Notes: generated by a model from the sequence alone, not told the origin. Counted from the first letter of the stretch, positions 49,942-60,719 are shown. The stretch is 64,000 nucleotides of DNA from Desulfobacterales bacterium (GCA_046483495.1 JAWODC010000064.1:55892-119891), one strand, 5' to 3'. Translations and numbers: made by a program.

Positions 49942-50720
49942 TGGAACGCAGCAAACGAAAGTTCTTGAAAATTGCCGGAATCTCGGCCGTGGGCCTGGGA
50001 ATGTCACCCGCGTTAAAAGGCTTTGCCGAGCAGGCCGGACCGAAAGCCGTGCTCGGCCGGGCTGAAAAAGCATTGACGGCCAGGCACTGGGGCATGGTTA
50101 TCGATACCCGAAGGCTGAAAACGTATCGGGATATCAAGCCGCTCATCGAGGCATGCCACAGGATACACAACGTTCCGGAAATAGCCAACGAAGACCACGA
50201 AATTAAATGGCTATGGGCGGAACCTTACGAACATGCTTTTCCCTCCAAGGAAAATAAATATCTGGATGAACGCATGGAACTTCAGTTGTTTCCGGTTCTG
50301 TGCAACCACTGCGAAGACCCGCCCTGCGTTCGGGTATGTCCGACAAAGGCGACATTTAAAAGGGAGGAAGACGGCATCGTGATGATGGACATGCATCGAT
50401 GCATCGGTTGCCGATTCTGCATGGCCGGCTGCCCGTACGGATCGCGAAGCTTTAATTTCAGGGATCCGAGGCCGTTTATCCCGGAAATCAATAAGGAATA
50501 TCCCACCCGGATGAAAGGTGTTGTGGAAAAATGCAACTTTTGTGCAGAAAGACTCGCCCAAGGCAAGATGCCGGGATGCGTCGAAGCATCCAATGGTGCG
50601 CTCGTATTCGGCGACTTGGACGATCCAAACTCTGAAATTCGAAAAGTCCTTAGGGAAAATTACACGATCAGACGCAAACAGGCCCTGGGTACCGGTCCAT
50701 CGGTCTATTACATAGTGTGA
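49941..50720 (+). CDS. dsrO: DsrO periplasmic Fe-S protein
   Basis: Tat-like KRKFLK; CNHC..PPC..VCP, CIGCRFC...CPYG and EKCNFC motifs. Confidence 0.93.
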   Translation: MERSKRKFLKIAGISAVGLGMSPALKGFAEQAGPKAVLGRAEKALTARHWGMVIDTRRLKTYRDIKPLIEACHRIHNVPEIANEDHEIKWLWAEPYEHAFPSKENKYLDERMELQLFPVLCNHCEDPPCVRVCPTKATFKREEDGIVMMDMHRCIGCRFCMAGCPYGSRSFNFRDPRPFIPEINKEYPTRMKGVVEKCNFCAERLAQGKMPGCVEASNGALVFGDLDDPNSEIRKVLRENYTIRRKQALGTGPSVYYIV

Positions 50721-50727
50721 GGTGGTT

Positions 50728-51885
50728 ATGCTTGAATTAGCAATCAAAGGCGATAAAAAGTATTGGGGTTGGATCATCGCGCTGCTGGGATTGATCGGCA
50801 TCGGATTTGCCTTTTACCTGTGGCAGCTGCATTTCGGTCTTGGAATCACCGGAATGAGCCGCGATGTATCCTGGGGATTTTATATTGCAAACTTTACTTT
50901 CCTTGTCGGGGTCGCCGCCGGAGGCGTCATGGTGGTCCTCCCGTACTATCTTCACAATTATAAGGCCTTCGGCAAGGTTACCATTCTCGGCGAATTTTTG
51001 GCCATCGGATCGGTGGTCATGTGCATCCTGTTTATCCTGGTGGATCTGGGGCAGCCTATGCGTATTTTCAACGTGCTTCTCCATCCCACTCCGAACTCCG
51101 TTTTGTTCTGGGATACAGTGGTGCTGAGCGGTTACCTGTTGTTGAACGTAGTAATCGGCTGGAACGTGCTCGAAGCCGAACGGAACGGAACGGCGCCTCC
51201 AAAGTGGGTCAAGCCGCTTATTTACATCTCCATTCCATGGGCGGTGAGCATCCATACGGTAACGGCCTTTCTATATGCCGGTCTTCCGGGAAGGGGCTTT
51301 TGGATGACCGCTATTCTGGCGCCGCGTTTTTTGGCTTCAGCGTTTGCCGCCGGACCGGCACTGCTCATTCTTCTCTGCATGGTCATTCGGAAAATTACGA
51401 AGTTCGATCCGGGCAGGGAACAAATACAGGCACTGGCCAAAATTGTGGCTTATGCCATATGCATTAACGTCTTTTTCTTTCTCTGCGAGGTATTCGTGGT
51501 GTTTTACAGTAACATTCCGGAGCACACGGCACACCTGCAGTACCTGTTTGCGGGTTTTCACGGCTATGATGCCTATGTGCCCTGGATGTGGGCGTCCATG
51601 ATATTGATGGTCCTGGGGATTATTCTATTGGTCAATCCATCGACCCGCAAAAACGAAAGCGTTCTGGCCGTCGCCTGCGTCGTGGTATTCGCCGGGACAT
51701 GGATCGACAAGGGCCTGGGCATGATCTCGGGTGGATTTGTCCCCAACCCGCTTCATCATGTAAACGAATATATTCCAACGGTCCCGGAAATCATTATCGC
51801 CCTTGGCGTATACGGCATCGGTGCGCTGGTTATCACATTGCTGTATAAGATCGCCGTTTCCGTTAAACTCGAAGTAAAAGCCTGA
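50728..51885 (+). CDS. dsrP: DsrP (NrfD-family membrane protein)
   Basis: TGMSRDVSWGFYI, DLGQP, SIHTVTAF and APRFLASA motifs. Confidence 0.93.
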   Translation: MLELAIKGDKKYWGWIIALLGLIGIGFAFYLWQLHFGLGITGMSRDVSWGFYIANFTFLVGVAAGGVMVVLPYYLHNYKAFGKVTILGEFLAIGSVVMCILFILVDLGQPMRIFNVLLHPTPNSVLFWDTVVLSGYLLLNVVIGWNVLEAERNGTAPPKWVKPLIYISIPWAVSIHTVTAFLYAGLPGRGFWMTAILAPRFLASAFAAGPALLILLCMVIRKITKFDPGREQIQALAKIVAYAICINVFFFLCEVFVVFYSNIPEHTAHLQYLFAGFHGYDAYVPWMWASMILMVLGIILLVNPSTRKNESVLAVACVVVFAGTWIDKGLGMISGGFVPNPLHHVNEYIPTVPEIIIALGVYGIGALVITLLYKIAVSVKLEVKA

Positions 51886-51904
51886 TATCATTACCATCGT
51901 ATGT

Positions 51905-51937
51905 AAAAAGGGCATCTGATTCCGGATGCCCTTTTTT
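51905..51937. terminator. Bidirectional intrinsic terminator between dsrP and fdhD
   Basis: AAAAAGGGCATC-loop-GATGCCCTTTTTT. Confidence 0.85.
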
Positions 51938-52736
51938 ATGTGGTCAGTCTTTCTTTACCACAAAAAATATCCAGACCCGATCTCTTGGACAGGCATGCCA
52001 GTGTCATATTCAGTTTGTCGGCCAGGTCCACGGCAAGGCTTGTGGGTCTGGATACCGCTACTATGAGAGAAATTTTCGCCCGGGCGGCTTTTTGCACCAA
52101 TTCATAGCTGATTCGAGAAGAAAGCACCAGGATGTCGGCCTGATGCAACCGGTGCTCCAAAAAGAGTTTACCGATCGTCTTATCGAGAGCGTTGTGCCTG
52201 CCAACGTCCTCGGCGGCGCTTAGCACGTCACCTTGCATTGTATGAAGTGCGGCGGCATGGGTCGAGCGGGTTCTTCGACGAAGGGGCTGAAGGAGAGGCA
52301 GATCACTTACCAGCTTTTCAACCCGCCGCGCCTCGATCACAACGTCATCCGACAGGGGCTCAATCCATTGAAAGAAATCCTCCACCACCTCTTTTCCGCA
52401 TATACCGCAGCTCGTCCGGCTCAAAAACAATTGGCGGTCCATGATTTGAGGAAAGGCTTTGCGCCTGGCTTCACTCAAGGTAACCGCCACTACATTGGTG
52501 TCGGCACCGTCACAGAACGCCAACGTCCCCACATCCTGTGGAGCATCGATGATGCCCTCGCTAAGGCATAAACCGGCCGCGTGGGCGATTTCCTCACCGG
52601 GCGTCCGCATAACCACCACATAAGGCTTACCCTCCACCTGTATAGAAAGAGGCTCTTCAGCAACAAGCCGATCAGAAATGGATGTCATCCGGTGGCCGTC
52701 CCAGCGGCATATCGTTCGTTCTTTACATCTGTCCAA
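51936..52736 (-). CDS. fdhD: Formate dehydrogenase accessory sulfurtransferase FdhD
   Basis: EEPL, MRTPG, SCGICG, EDVGRHNALDK and SSRISYELVQKA motifs. Confidence 0.92.
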   Translation of the reverse strand: MDRCKERTICRWDGHRMTSISDRLVAEEPLSIQVEGKPYVVVMRTPGEEIAHAAGLCLSEGIIDAPQDVGTLAFCDGADTNVVAVTLSEARRKAFPQIMDRQLFLSRTSCGICGKEVVEDFFQWIEPLSDDVVIEARRVEKLVSDLPLLQPLRRRTRSTHAAALHTMQGDVLSAAEDVGRHNALDKTIGKLFLEHRLHQADILVLSSRISYELVQKAARAKISLIVAVSRPTSLAVDLADKLNMTLACLSKRSGLDIFCGKERLTT

Positions 52737-52750
52737 AATCCTCTTCCTCC

Positions 52751-52840
52751 TTATCCTTAAAAATCTTAGGTATAACTCGCGTTAAAAATGTTTCGTCCGC
52801 CTTGAAACGATCGAATTTTCGCATTTCCCGATGGACGCTA
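52751..52840 (-). repeat. Partial repeat copy (left two thirds) abutting the fdhD RBS
   Basis: Minus strand TAGCGTCCATCGGGAAATGCGAAAATTCG...TTCAAGGCGG...TTTTTAAC...TTTTAAGGATAA aligns to copy F. Confidence 0.65.
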
Positions 52841-52969
52841 ACGACAGATTTCTCTTGACAAAAGATGCATTTATATTAAGTATAAGTGTTTTTGAATTAT
52901 AGGTGATATGTAGCGTTTTACGATCTGATATTATAGTGTTTAGAGAGGTTTTCAACAGTTTTCGTTAAC

Positions 52970-53113
52970 TAGTCCATCCAGAAATAGGCGATTTCGCGTG
53001 GGTTCAAGGCGGGCGCGAGATCGAAACCGCAGGAATAGTGTGCTATTTTGAGGATTTCGATTTTGCGTTAAACGCAGAAATCGCGTGAAAGGGCCATTTA
53101 TGGATTGACACTA
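52970..53113 (+). repeat. Repeat copy E in the rplU leader region
   Basis: TAGTCCATCCAGAAATAGG...ATTTATGGATTGACACTA; near-identical to copy A. Confidence 0.9.
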
Positions 53114-53155
53114 ACTATCGGGATTCCGGTCGACAGTATCGAAGGGAGAATTTAT

Positions 53156-53467
53156 ATGTACGCTATCGTGAATACCGGCGGAAAACAATATAAGGTTCGC
53201 GAAGGGGATACGCTGCGGATTGAAAAAATCAATGGGGAATTAGGCTCTGAAATATTATTCGACCAGGTCCTGATGGTTTCGGACGGTGATAGTGTCAGCA
53301 TTGGGCGGCCTGTACTTGAAAACGCAGCGGTCAGTGGCCATGTCGTCGAACAGGGAAAAGCAAAGAAGATTATCGTTTTCAAGTACAAGCGACGAAAACG
53401 ATATCGCAGAAAACAGGGCCACCGGCAGCAGTTCACGGCGGTAAAGATCGACAAAATTACCATTTAG
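53156..53467 (+). CDS. rplU: 50S ribosomal protein L21
   Basis: MYAIVNTGGKQYKV...KYKRRKRYRRKQGHRQ. Confidence 0.97.
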   Translation: MYAIVNTGGKQYKVREGDTLRIEKINGELGSEILFDQVLMVSDGDSVSIGRPVLENAAVSGHVVEQGKAKKIIVFKYKRRKRYRRKQGHRQQFTAVKIDKITI

Positions 53468-53654
53468 CGGCCTCAATAACAGCGCCGAGGCATCTTCGGC
53501 CCCGGAGACACCGTTTTATCTGGTTTGAAACCGCAAATTATCTGACATTAATTGCGGTTTCTACAAAGGCCGAATTCTTGCTCCGTCCGGAAATCGCCGT
53601 TTCAGGGTGGGCATTCTATCATCGTTTATCCATATTTTTTTAGGGAGTTATATA

Positions 53655-53909
53655 ATGGCACATAAAAAAGCGGGCGGAAGCTCAAAAAATGGACGAGACA
53701 GCAACGCGCAGCGAAGGGGCGTTAAGCGGTTTGGCGGACAAAGTGTAAAAGCGGGCAATATACTCGTTCGACAGCTCGGAACCGTCATTCACCCCGGCGC
53801 CAATGTAGGCATGGGCCGCGATTATACCATTTTCGCCAAGATAGACGGCATTGTCGCTTATGAACGGCTTGGACGTTCACGCAAAAAAGTCAGCGTATAT
53901 GAAGCGTGA
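53655..53909 (+). CDS. rpmA: 50S ribosomal protein L27
   Basis: [16 protein letters not shown]. Confidence 0.97.
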   Translation: MAHKKAGGSSKNGRDSNAQRRGVKRFGGQSVKAGNILVRQLGTVIHPGANVGMGRDYTIFAKIDGIVAYERLGRSRKKVSVYEA

Positions 53910-54907
53910 AATTTATAGATGAAGCGATGATCACCGTTGAATCCGGCAGCGGCGGCAGCGGGTGCGTCAGTTTCAGGCGGGAAAAATATATACCCCGCGG
54001 CGGACCGGATGGTGGGGACGGCGGTAAAGGCGGTGATGTCGTTCTTCGCTCCACTACCCGAAAACGCACCCTTTACCAATTTCGGTTTAAACGGCAATTC
54101 AAGGCCCAAAACGGTGCGAACGGTCAGGGCAACCGGAAATCCGGCAAACGCGGCAATGATCTTGTCATCGAAGTGCCGCCCGGAACGGTCGTGATGGACA
54201 CCGAAAGCGGTGAGATGGTCAAGGATTTCACCGATGCCGAAGAAACCTTCATCGTTGCCCGGGGCGGCAGAGGCGGGCAAGGCAATTCACGGTTTAAATC
54301 AGCCACTCATCGAGCCCCTCGGTTTGCCCAGAACGGGGAATCCGGTGAAAAAAGGGTACTCAAACTCGAATTAAAGCTGCTGGCCGATGTCGGCATCATC
54401 GGACTGCCCAATGCCGGCAAATCCACGCTGATCAGCACCATATCATCGGCAAAACCAAAAATCGCCGACTACCCATTCACCACCCTGATTCCCAATCTCG
54501 GCGTGGTCAAAACGGATTGGGCCGAACCGTTTATCGTGGCTGATATCCCGGGGTTGATTGAAGGCGCCCATCGGGGGGCGGGCCTCGGCACCCGTTTTTT
54601 GCGGCATATTGAAAGAACCCGCATTATTTTGCACCTGATCGATGCCTCGGCAATCGATGCCGAAAATCCTCTGAAGGATTTTCAAACGATCACGAACGAA
54701 CTTGTCATGCATAACCCCCTTCTGGCCCAAAAACCCCAAATTGTCGTTCTCAATAAAATGGATTTGCCCGGAACCGATAAACAGGCCGACCGCTTTTCAT
54801 CGGCCATGTCCGGAAAAATGGTGTTCCGGATTTCTGCGGCAACCGGTGAAGGGGTAAATCGGCTGTTATCGAAGGTAGTCCGCTTACTGGATATGGAACA
54901 TGGTTAA
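53906..54907 (+). CDS. obgE: GTPase ObgE
   Basis: Gly-rich Obg fold; [17 protein letters not shown] and NKMD motifs. Confidence 0.96.
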   Translation: MKFIDEAMITVESGSGGSGCVSFRREKYIPRGGPDGGDGGKGGDVVLRSTTRKRTLYQFRFKRQFKAQNGANGQGNRKSGKRGNDLVIEVPPGTVVMDTESGEMVKDFTDAEETFIVARGGRGGQGNSRFKSATHRAPRFAQNGESGEKRVLKLELKLLADVGIIGLPNAGKSTLISTISSAKPKIADYPFTTLIPNLGVVKTDWAEPFIVADIPGLIEGAHRGAGLGTRFLRHIERTRIILHLIDASAIDAENPLKDFQTITNELVMHNPLLAQKPQIVVLNKMDLPGTDKQADRFSSAMSGKMVFRISAATGEGVNRLLSKVVRLLDMEHG

Positions 54908-56051
54908 TCTACGACAAAACGCCTTTACTCATGCCAAACGCATCGTTGTAAAAGTGGGGAGCAATGTACTGACATGGGATTCCGGTCTGAATTTAGATGC
55001 CATTCAGTCGCTCAGTGAACAAATCTCCGGTTTGCATGACAAGGAAAAGGAAATCATTTTGGTCAGTTCCGGAGCAATGGCCTCCGGGATCAAGAAAATT
55101 GGACTAAAGAAACGTCCGGATCTGATTCCTCAGCGGCAGGCGGCGGCGGCGGTCGGTCAAGCCGGTTTGATTATGGAATATGAAAAAGCATTTGCGCGCT
55201 ACGGCAAAAAGGTGGCCCAGATACTGCTGACCAGAGACGATCTTTCAAATCGTCGCCGCTATTTAAATGCCAGAAATACGCTGTGCACACTGCTCGCCTG
55301 GAAAGTGGTGCCCATTATCAATGAAAATGATACGGTCATGATCGAGGAAATCAAATTCGGAGACAACGATCAATTATCCGCCATGATCACGCTCCTGCTT
55401 GACGCGGACCTGTTGATCAACCTCACCGATATCGATGGGTTGTTTGACAAAGACCCCAGGACCCATAAGGATGCCGTCCTCATTCCGGAGATTACCCGCT
55501 ATAACAAAACGATTGAGCAGTATGCCGGTAAAATTCCCGGAGCCCTCGGAACGGGCGGCATGTTGAGCAAAATCAAAGCTGCAAAAAAAGTCACTACCGC
55601 CGGAGTGCCGATGATTATCGCAAACGGAAAGAAAGAAGGCCTTCTTTTCGACTTGTTTGCCGGGGAAAAAACAGGCACATTTTTTTTGCCGAATCGTGTC
55701 AAAATGACCTCGCGTAAATGCTGGATCGGCTTTAACGTTAAACCGAAAGGTACCCTGATTATCGATGACGGGGCGGCAACGGCCATTCTAAAACGAGGCA
55801 AAAGCCTGCTTCCCAGTGGAATCGTCGGCGTAACAGGCGATTTCGCCGTAGGATCGGCAGTAAAAATCCGAAAAGCGGAAACCGAGGATTTGGGCATCGG
55901 CCTCGTGAATTACAGCGCGGCGGATATTCGCAAAATCATGGGGCTGAAGACCACCATGATACGTGAGCGGCTCGGCGAAAAAACCTATGACGAAATTATA
56001 CATCGGAATAACCTGACGGTAACGGATGAGTTTGCATTAGAAGAGAAATGA
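54900..56051 (+). CDS. proB: Glutamate 5-kinase
   Basis: VVKVGS, VSSGA, NENDT, FGDND and GTGGM motifs; PUA domain. Confidence 0.96.
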   Translation: MVNLRQNAFTHAKRIVVKVGSNVLTWDSGLNLDAIQSLSEQISGLHDKEKEIILVSSGAMASGIKKIGLKKRPDLIPQRQAAAAVGQAGLIMEYEKAFARYGKKVAQILLTRDDLSNRRRYLNARNTLCTLLAWKVVPIINENDTVMIEEIKFGDNDQLSAMITLLLDADLLINLTDIDGLFDKDPRTHKDAVLIPEITRYNKTIEQYAGKIPGALGTGGMLSKIKAAKKVTTAGVPMIIANGKKEGLLFDLFAGEKTGTFFLPNRVKMTSRKCWIGFNVKPKGTLIIDDGAATAILKRGKSLLPSGIVGVTGDFAVGSAVKIRKAETEDLGIGLVNYSAADIRKIMGLKTTMIRERLGEKTYDEIIHRNNLTVTDEFALEEK

Positions 56052-56106
56052 TCCATCCGGAATCGGCAGGTTCCAACCCGGAAAAAAGCAGGGGGATTCA
56101 TCACCA

Positions 56107-57363
56107 ATGGAAATCGAAAAAACCATTTTAAACATGGCCGTAAACGCTCGAGAAGCGGCCCGGGAAATGGCGCACTGCAAAACATCGGCAAAAAATAACG
56201 TGCTTCTCGAAATTGCCGAGAACCTGACCAAGCGCCGCGATTTTCTTCAAGCGGAAAATCGCAAGGACCTGGAACGTGCAAAAACATCAGGCCTCTCGGA
56301 TGCCATGCTGGACCGTCTTACCATCAGAAATCAGACCATTCAGTCGATGGCCGACGGCCTCGTGCAGGTTGCGGCCATGGATGACCCTGTCGGCGCTACA
56401 GGCAAAACGTGGATCAGACCGAACGGCCTCGAAGTTTCGAAAATGAGAATTCCACTGGGAGTTATCGGCATCATTTATGAGTCCCGCCCCAACGTTACGA
56501 TAGATGCTGCAGGGCTTTGTTTGAAAGCCGGTAATGCCGTTATTTTACGCGGGGGATCAGAAGCGCTTTTCTCGAACCAGGCACTGGCGGGCATCATCCA
56601 TAAAGCGCTCGAAAAAGAAGGGCTGCCCGGAACCGCAGTACAGGTCATTCCCGTCCGGGACCGTGCCGCGGTAAACGCCATGCTGGCCCAGGAAGAATAT
56701 ATCGATTTGATCATCCCCCGCGGCGGAGAGGGCCTGATTCGTTTTGTGGTGGAAAATTCAACAATTCCGGTTCTCAAACATTACAAGGGCGTCTGCCATG
56801 TGTATGTGGATAAGGGGGCGGACCTGGACATGGCCCAGGAAATCAGTATTAACGCCAAGGTTCAGCGGCCGGGGGTATGCAATGCCATGGAAACCCTTCT
56901 CGTTCATAAGGATGCGGCTCATGAATTTCTTCCCCGGGTCGCCCGTCAATTCGCATCGGCCAAGGTGACGTTGAGGGGATGCGAGAAAACGCTTGATCTG
57001 CTGCCCGACATCGAACCGGCTGCGGAATCGGATTGGGCCGAGGAATATCTCGACCTGATTCTCGCGGTCAAGATTGTTTCCTCCATGGACGAGGCTATGG
57101 CGCACATCGCCCGTTACGGTTCCGACCATACGGAGTCGATCGTTACATCGGATTACGAGCGGGCAAGACGGTTTTTAAGGGAAGTCGATTCTTCCGTTGT
57201 TCTCGTAAACGCCTCGACGCGATTTAACGACGGCGGCGAACTGGGGTTAGGGGCGGAAATCGGAATCAGCACCTCCAAACTGCATGCTTTCGGCCCCATG
57301 GGAATCGAAGAGTTAACGACAACAAAGTTCGTTGTTTTGGGCGACGGACAAATTCGGGTTTAA
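56107..57363 (+). CDS. proA: Gamma-glutamyl phosphate reductase
   Basis: IYESRPNVT, IPRGG, VCNAME and NASTRF.DG...GAEIGIST.KLHA.GP motifs. Confidence 0.96.
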   Translation: MEIEKTILNMAVNAREAAREMAHCKTSAKNNVLLEIAENLTKRRDFLQAENRKDLERAKTSGLSDAMLDRLTIRNQTIQSMADGLVQVAAMDDPVGATGKTWIRPNGLEVSKMRIPLGVIGIIYESRPNVTIDAAGLCLKAGNAVILRGGSEALFSNQALAGIIHKALEKEGLPGTAVQVIPVRDRAAVNAMLAQEEYIDLIIPRGGEGLIRFVVENSTIPVLKHYKGVCHVYVDKGADLDMAQEISINAKVQRPGVCNAMETLLVHKDAAHEFLPRVARQFASAKVTLRGCEKTLDLLPDIEPAAESDWAEEYLDLILAVKIVSSMDEAMAHIARYGSDHTESIVTSDYERARRFLREVDSSVVLVNASTRFNDGGELGLGAEIGISTSKLHAFGPMGIEELTTTKFVVLGDGQIRV

Positions 57364-57374
57364 AAGGAGCTTCG

Positions 57375-58043
57375 TTGAAGAAAATAGGGCTTTTCGGCGG
57401 CACGTTCAATCCCATTCATTTTGCCCATTTGAGAACGGCACTGGAAGTGAAGGAAGAATTCAGCCTGGACAGCATCGTACTGATTCCTTCCGCCATTCCA
57501 CCGCATAAAAAGCCCGATCATATCGCTGAAGCCGAACAGAGGCTTCATATGATCCGGTTGGCCATCGCGGATGATCCGGACTTTTCCTTCTCTGATATAG
57601 AACTGCAGCGAACAGGCCCCTCATTTACCATAGAGACGGTTCACTATTTCAGCAAAATGAGCGATCCGGCCGCCGAACTATTTTTCGTCATCGGATCGGA
57701 TGCCTTTTGCGAACTCGACACCTGGAAATCGTATGTTGAACTTTTAGCCTCCATTCCCTTTATCGTCATGATCAGGCCGGAAACGCCCTGTCCGGATCCG
57801 GAATCCAAATCCGGCCAAATTGAAAATTTCCTGCATGACAAAATATCGAAGGACTATGTCCTCCACCGTTCGAAAAACGGGTATTTTCATCCGGAGCTTC
57901 AGCCCGTGTATATTCAGAAAGTGACAGCCATGGATATTTCTTCAACCCGGATCAGAACGATTATCCGTCGGCACGGCTCCATACGATACCTCGTACCCCA
58001 GACGGTGGAAACATTCATTTTAACCAAAGGACTCTATAGATGA
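57375..58043 (+). CDS. nadD: Nicotinate-nucleotide adenylyltransferase
   Basis: GGTFNPIH.AH, PPHK, IGSDA and ISST.IR motifs. Confidence 0.95.
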   Translation: MKKIGLFGGTFNPIHFAHLRTALEVKEEFSLDSIVLIPSAIPPHKKPDHIAEAEQRLHMIRLAIADDPDFSFSDIELQRTGPSFTIETVHYFSKMSDPAAELFFVIGSDAFCELDTWKSYVELLASIPFIVMIRPETPCPDPESKSGQIENFLHDKISKDYVLHRSKNGYFHPELQPVYIQKVTAMDISSTRIRTIIRRHGSIRYLVPQTVETFILTKGLYR

Positions 58044-58453
58044 CACAAAAAACGGAGCCCGCACTCGATCTTTTTTTAAATATCATCCAAGAGCGAAAAG
58101 CCTTGGATATCGTAGTGCTGGACGTATCCGGGCTGTCTTCGGTAGCAGACACATTCATTATCTGCAGCGGCCGCTCCACCCGCCAGGTGAGCGCCATTGC
58201 AGATCACATACAATCCGAAATGAGAAAGATCGGCGTCAAGCCTCTGGGAATCGAGGGAAAGACCGCCGGGCACTGGATACTGATGGACTACGGGCATATC
58301 GTAATTCACATATTTTTTACCGAAACGCGTGAGTTCTTTAATCTGGAAGGACTGTGGAGCGATGCCGAACGCATTGATATTCCTGCACCGGCTCAAAAGC
58401 CTGCGCCGCATGAAAATGACACTACGGCATTCGTTTTCAATGATGACGATTAG
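58040..58453 (+). CDS. rsfS: Ribosome silencing factor
   Basis: KALDI, ICSG.S.RQV.AI and WILMDYG...HIF....R.F.NLE.LW motifs. Confidence 0.95.
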   Translation: MTQKTEPALDLFLNIIQERKALDIVVLDVSGLSSVADTFIICSGRSTRQVSAIADHIQSEMRKIGVKPLGIEGKTAGHWILMDYGHIVIHIFFTETREFFNLEGLWSDAERIDIPAPAQKPAPHENDTTAFVFNDDD

Positions 58454-58489
58454 TTGGTGTCCATACAGCGAAGCTGGGAGCTTTTGCGA

Positions 58490-60034
58490 ATGTTGACCAA
58501 ACCCGTATGCCTTTTGATGATTTTAGATGGATGGGGAATAGGTGAGAACGATGAAACAAATGCTATTTACATGGCCCGCACACCGAATCTGGACCGCCTC
58601 GAACACGCTTACCCCCACACACGGCTTGCCTGTTCGGGAGAAGCCGTCGGGCTGCCCTCGGGCATCATGGGAAACTCCGAAGTCGGCCACCTGAATATCG
58701 GGGCCGGCAGAATCGTCTACCAGGATCTTCTGAGAATCGACAAATCCATCGAAGACGGGTCTTTTTTCCAGAATCCGGTCCTTTGCAAGGTTATGGAAGA
58801 TGTGCGTGCCTGTAGAGGAGCCCTTCATTTGATGGGTTTGGTGTCGGATGGCGGCGTTCATAGCCAATTGTCACACGTGTTCGCACTGCTCGATATGGCC
58901 CGGAAAAAGGGCCTTACCCGTGTGTTTATCCATGCCGTGTTGGACGGGCGGGACACGCCGCCCGACAGCGGCATAACGTATATACGCCGTCTGGTAAAAC
59001 ATTTGCAGCAGAATGGTATAGGTCGGATTGCAGACATTTGCGGGCGTTTTTACGCCATGGATAGGGATACACGCTGGGAAAGGACCCGGAAAGCCTATGA
59101 AATGGTTGTAAATGGAATCGGGCTTGCCGAAACCGATCCTGTCGAGGCTGTAAAAAATGCCTATACCCGTGGTGAAACCGACGAATTCGTTCGACCCGTG
59201 GTGATGGTGGATAGCTACGACCGCCCATTGGCAACGGAACAAAACGGGGATGGCATGATTTTTTTCAATTTTCGGGCTGATCGGGCACGTCAAATTACCC
59301 GGGCCTTCACTGAAACCGAATTTGATCGATTCGTGCGAGGACCGAAACCGGCTTTTTGCACTTACGCCTGCATGACGGTTTATGACGAAACATTCGATCT
59401 GCCGGCGGCGTTTCCTCCGGAACACTTGAAAGACATACTGGGAGAGGTCGTGAGCCAAAACGGCTTATCCCAACTCCGAATCGCCGAAACCGAAAAATAT
59501 GCCCATGTCACCTATTTTTTCAACGGCGGAGAGGAAAAATCGTTTCCCGGTGAGGATCGATGCCTCATTCCCTCTCCCAGGGACATTGAAACCTATGATA
59601 AAAAACCCCAAATGAGTGCGCCGGAAGTGACTAAAGAACTGATAAGGCGAATAAGAACCGATAAATATGATCTCATCGTGCTGAACTTCGCCAATATGGA
59701 TATGGTCGGCCACACGGGAAACATGCAGGCGGCCGTTTCGGCCTGCGAAACGCTGGATATCTGTGTAGGCGAAATCGTTGCCTCTGTTTTGGATAGAAAG
59801 GGTACGGTCCTGATTACCGCAGACCACGGAAATGCTGAAAAGATGATCAGTCAAAACGCATCGCCGCATACCGCGCATACGCTGAATAAGGTGCCGTTTT
59901 TCCTTGTAGACGATCGCCATCGGCAAAGGCAATTGAAATCCGGTGGGGCCCTATGTGATATCGCCCCCACCCTTCTGAAGGTCCTCAACCTTCCTAAGCC
60001 CGGCATCATGACGGGCAAGTCTTTGATTATGTAA
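58490..60034 (+). CDS. gpmI: 2,3-BPG-independent phosphoglycerate mutase
   Basis: ILDGWG, MGNSEVGH, DGGVHS, AETEKYAHVT, DMVGHTG and ADHGN motifs. Confidence 0.96.
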   Translation: MLTKPVCLLMILDGWGIGENDETNAIYMARTPNLDRLEHAYPHTRLACSGEAVGLPSGIMGNSEVGHLNIGAGRIVYQDLLRIDKSIEDGSFFQNPVLCKVMEDVRACRGALHLMGLVSDGGVHSQLSHVFALLDMARKKGLTRVFIHAVLDGRDTPPDSGITYIRRLVKHLQQNGIGRIADICGRFYAMDRDTRWERTRKAYEMVVNGIGLAETDPVEAVKNAYTRGETDEFVRPVVMVDSYDRPLATEQNGDGMIFFNFRADRARQITRAFTETEFDRFVRGPKPAFCTYACMTVYDETFDLPAAFPPEHLKDILGEVVSQNGLSQLRIAETEKYAHVTYFFNGGEEKSFPGEDRCLIPSPRDIETYDKKPQMSAPEVTKELIRRIRTDKYDLIVLNFANMDMVGHTGNMQAAVSACETLDICVGEIVASVLDRKGTVLITADHGNAEKMISQNASPHTAHTLNKVPFFLVDDRHRQRQLKSGGALCDIAPTLLKVLNLPKPGIMTGKSLIM

Positions 60035-60049
60035 AAGACGGTGAATACA

Positions 60050-60586
60050 ATGTCTGAAAACAAAGATATTACTTTTATAAGGGATTTTGCCACAGGCAAA
60101 GAAATACCATTGATCGGATCGGAAGAAAATCGCCAGGCGGTTGAAAAAATGCTCATCAATGATAAAGGGTACGATTCATCCGATATCGATATCGATGTCG
60201 AGATCGCTTTTAACGTAAAAAATATGCCCTACAAATCCAAAGTGGACCTTATCGTGACCGTCGACAAAACACGATTTATGCTGGTCAAGTGTGTTGCCGG
60301 TTCCATCGGTTCGTGGGAACGCGAAGCATTGGCCGCGGCTCGGATTATCGCGCCCTACCCGATTCCGTTCACCTTGGTATCCGACGGCAATGACGCAACC
60401 GTTATAAATACGATTACGGGGAAGGTCATTGGAAATACGGCGGTTGACATTCCAACAAAGAACGGCGCCTTGCAATACCTGGCAAATTTTACTCCGAATC
60501 CTTTGCCGGACGAACGGTTTGAGAAGGAGCGGCTTATTTTCAGAACCTATGATACCATGAATGTCAATGTCCTCCGAGATGAATAG
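60050..60586 (+). CDS. Stand-alone type I restriction HsdR N-terminal-like domain protein
   Basis: EENRQ.....L...KGY....I and VDLIV motifs. Start is 60041 (GTG) or 60050. Confidence 0.65.
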   Translation: MSENKDITFIRDFATGKEIPLIGSEENRQAVEKMLINDKGYDSSDIDIDVEIAFNVKNMPYKSKVDLIVTVDKTRFMLVKCVAGSIGSWEREALAAARIIAPYPIPFTLVSDGNDATVINTITGKVIGNTAVDIPTKNGALQYLANFTPNPLPDERFEKERLIFRTYDTMNVNVLRDE

Positions 60587-60719
60587 CTCGAAAAGACTGC
60601 CTCGGCAATGTGCCCATACCTGTTCGATTCTCCAGGCAGGCTCATGTCAGCGGTATCCGACATCTCGGAGCAAAACGTCTTGAGACACCAAGGCGGTCGC
60701 CGAAAAGGCCACAAAGGTC

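Noticed and set aside
56052..56067. TCCATCCGGAATCGGC after the proB stop as another repeat copy
   Set aside because: It resembles the TIR but is too short and has no core.
60050..60586. HsdR N-terminal-like ORF as a restriction or defence system
   Set aside because: No hsdM, hsdS or helicase domain; the expected E-x-K nuclease motif reads LVKC; it sits behind gpmI.
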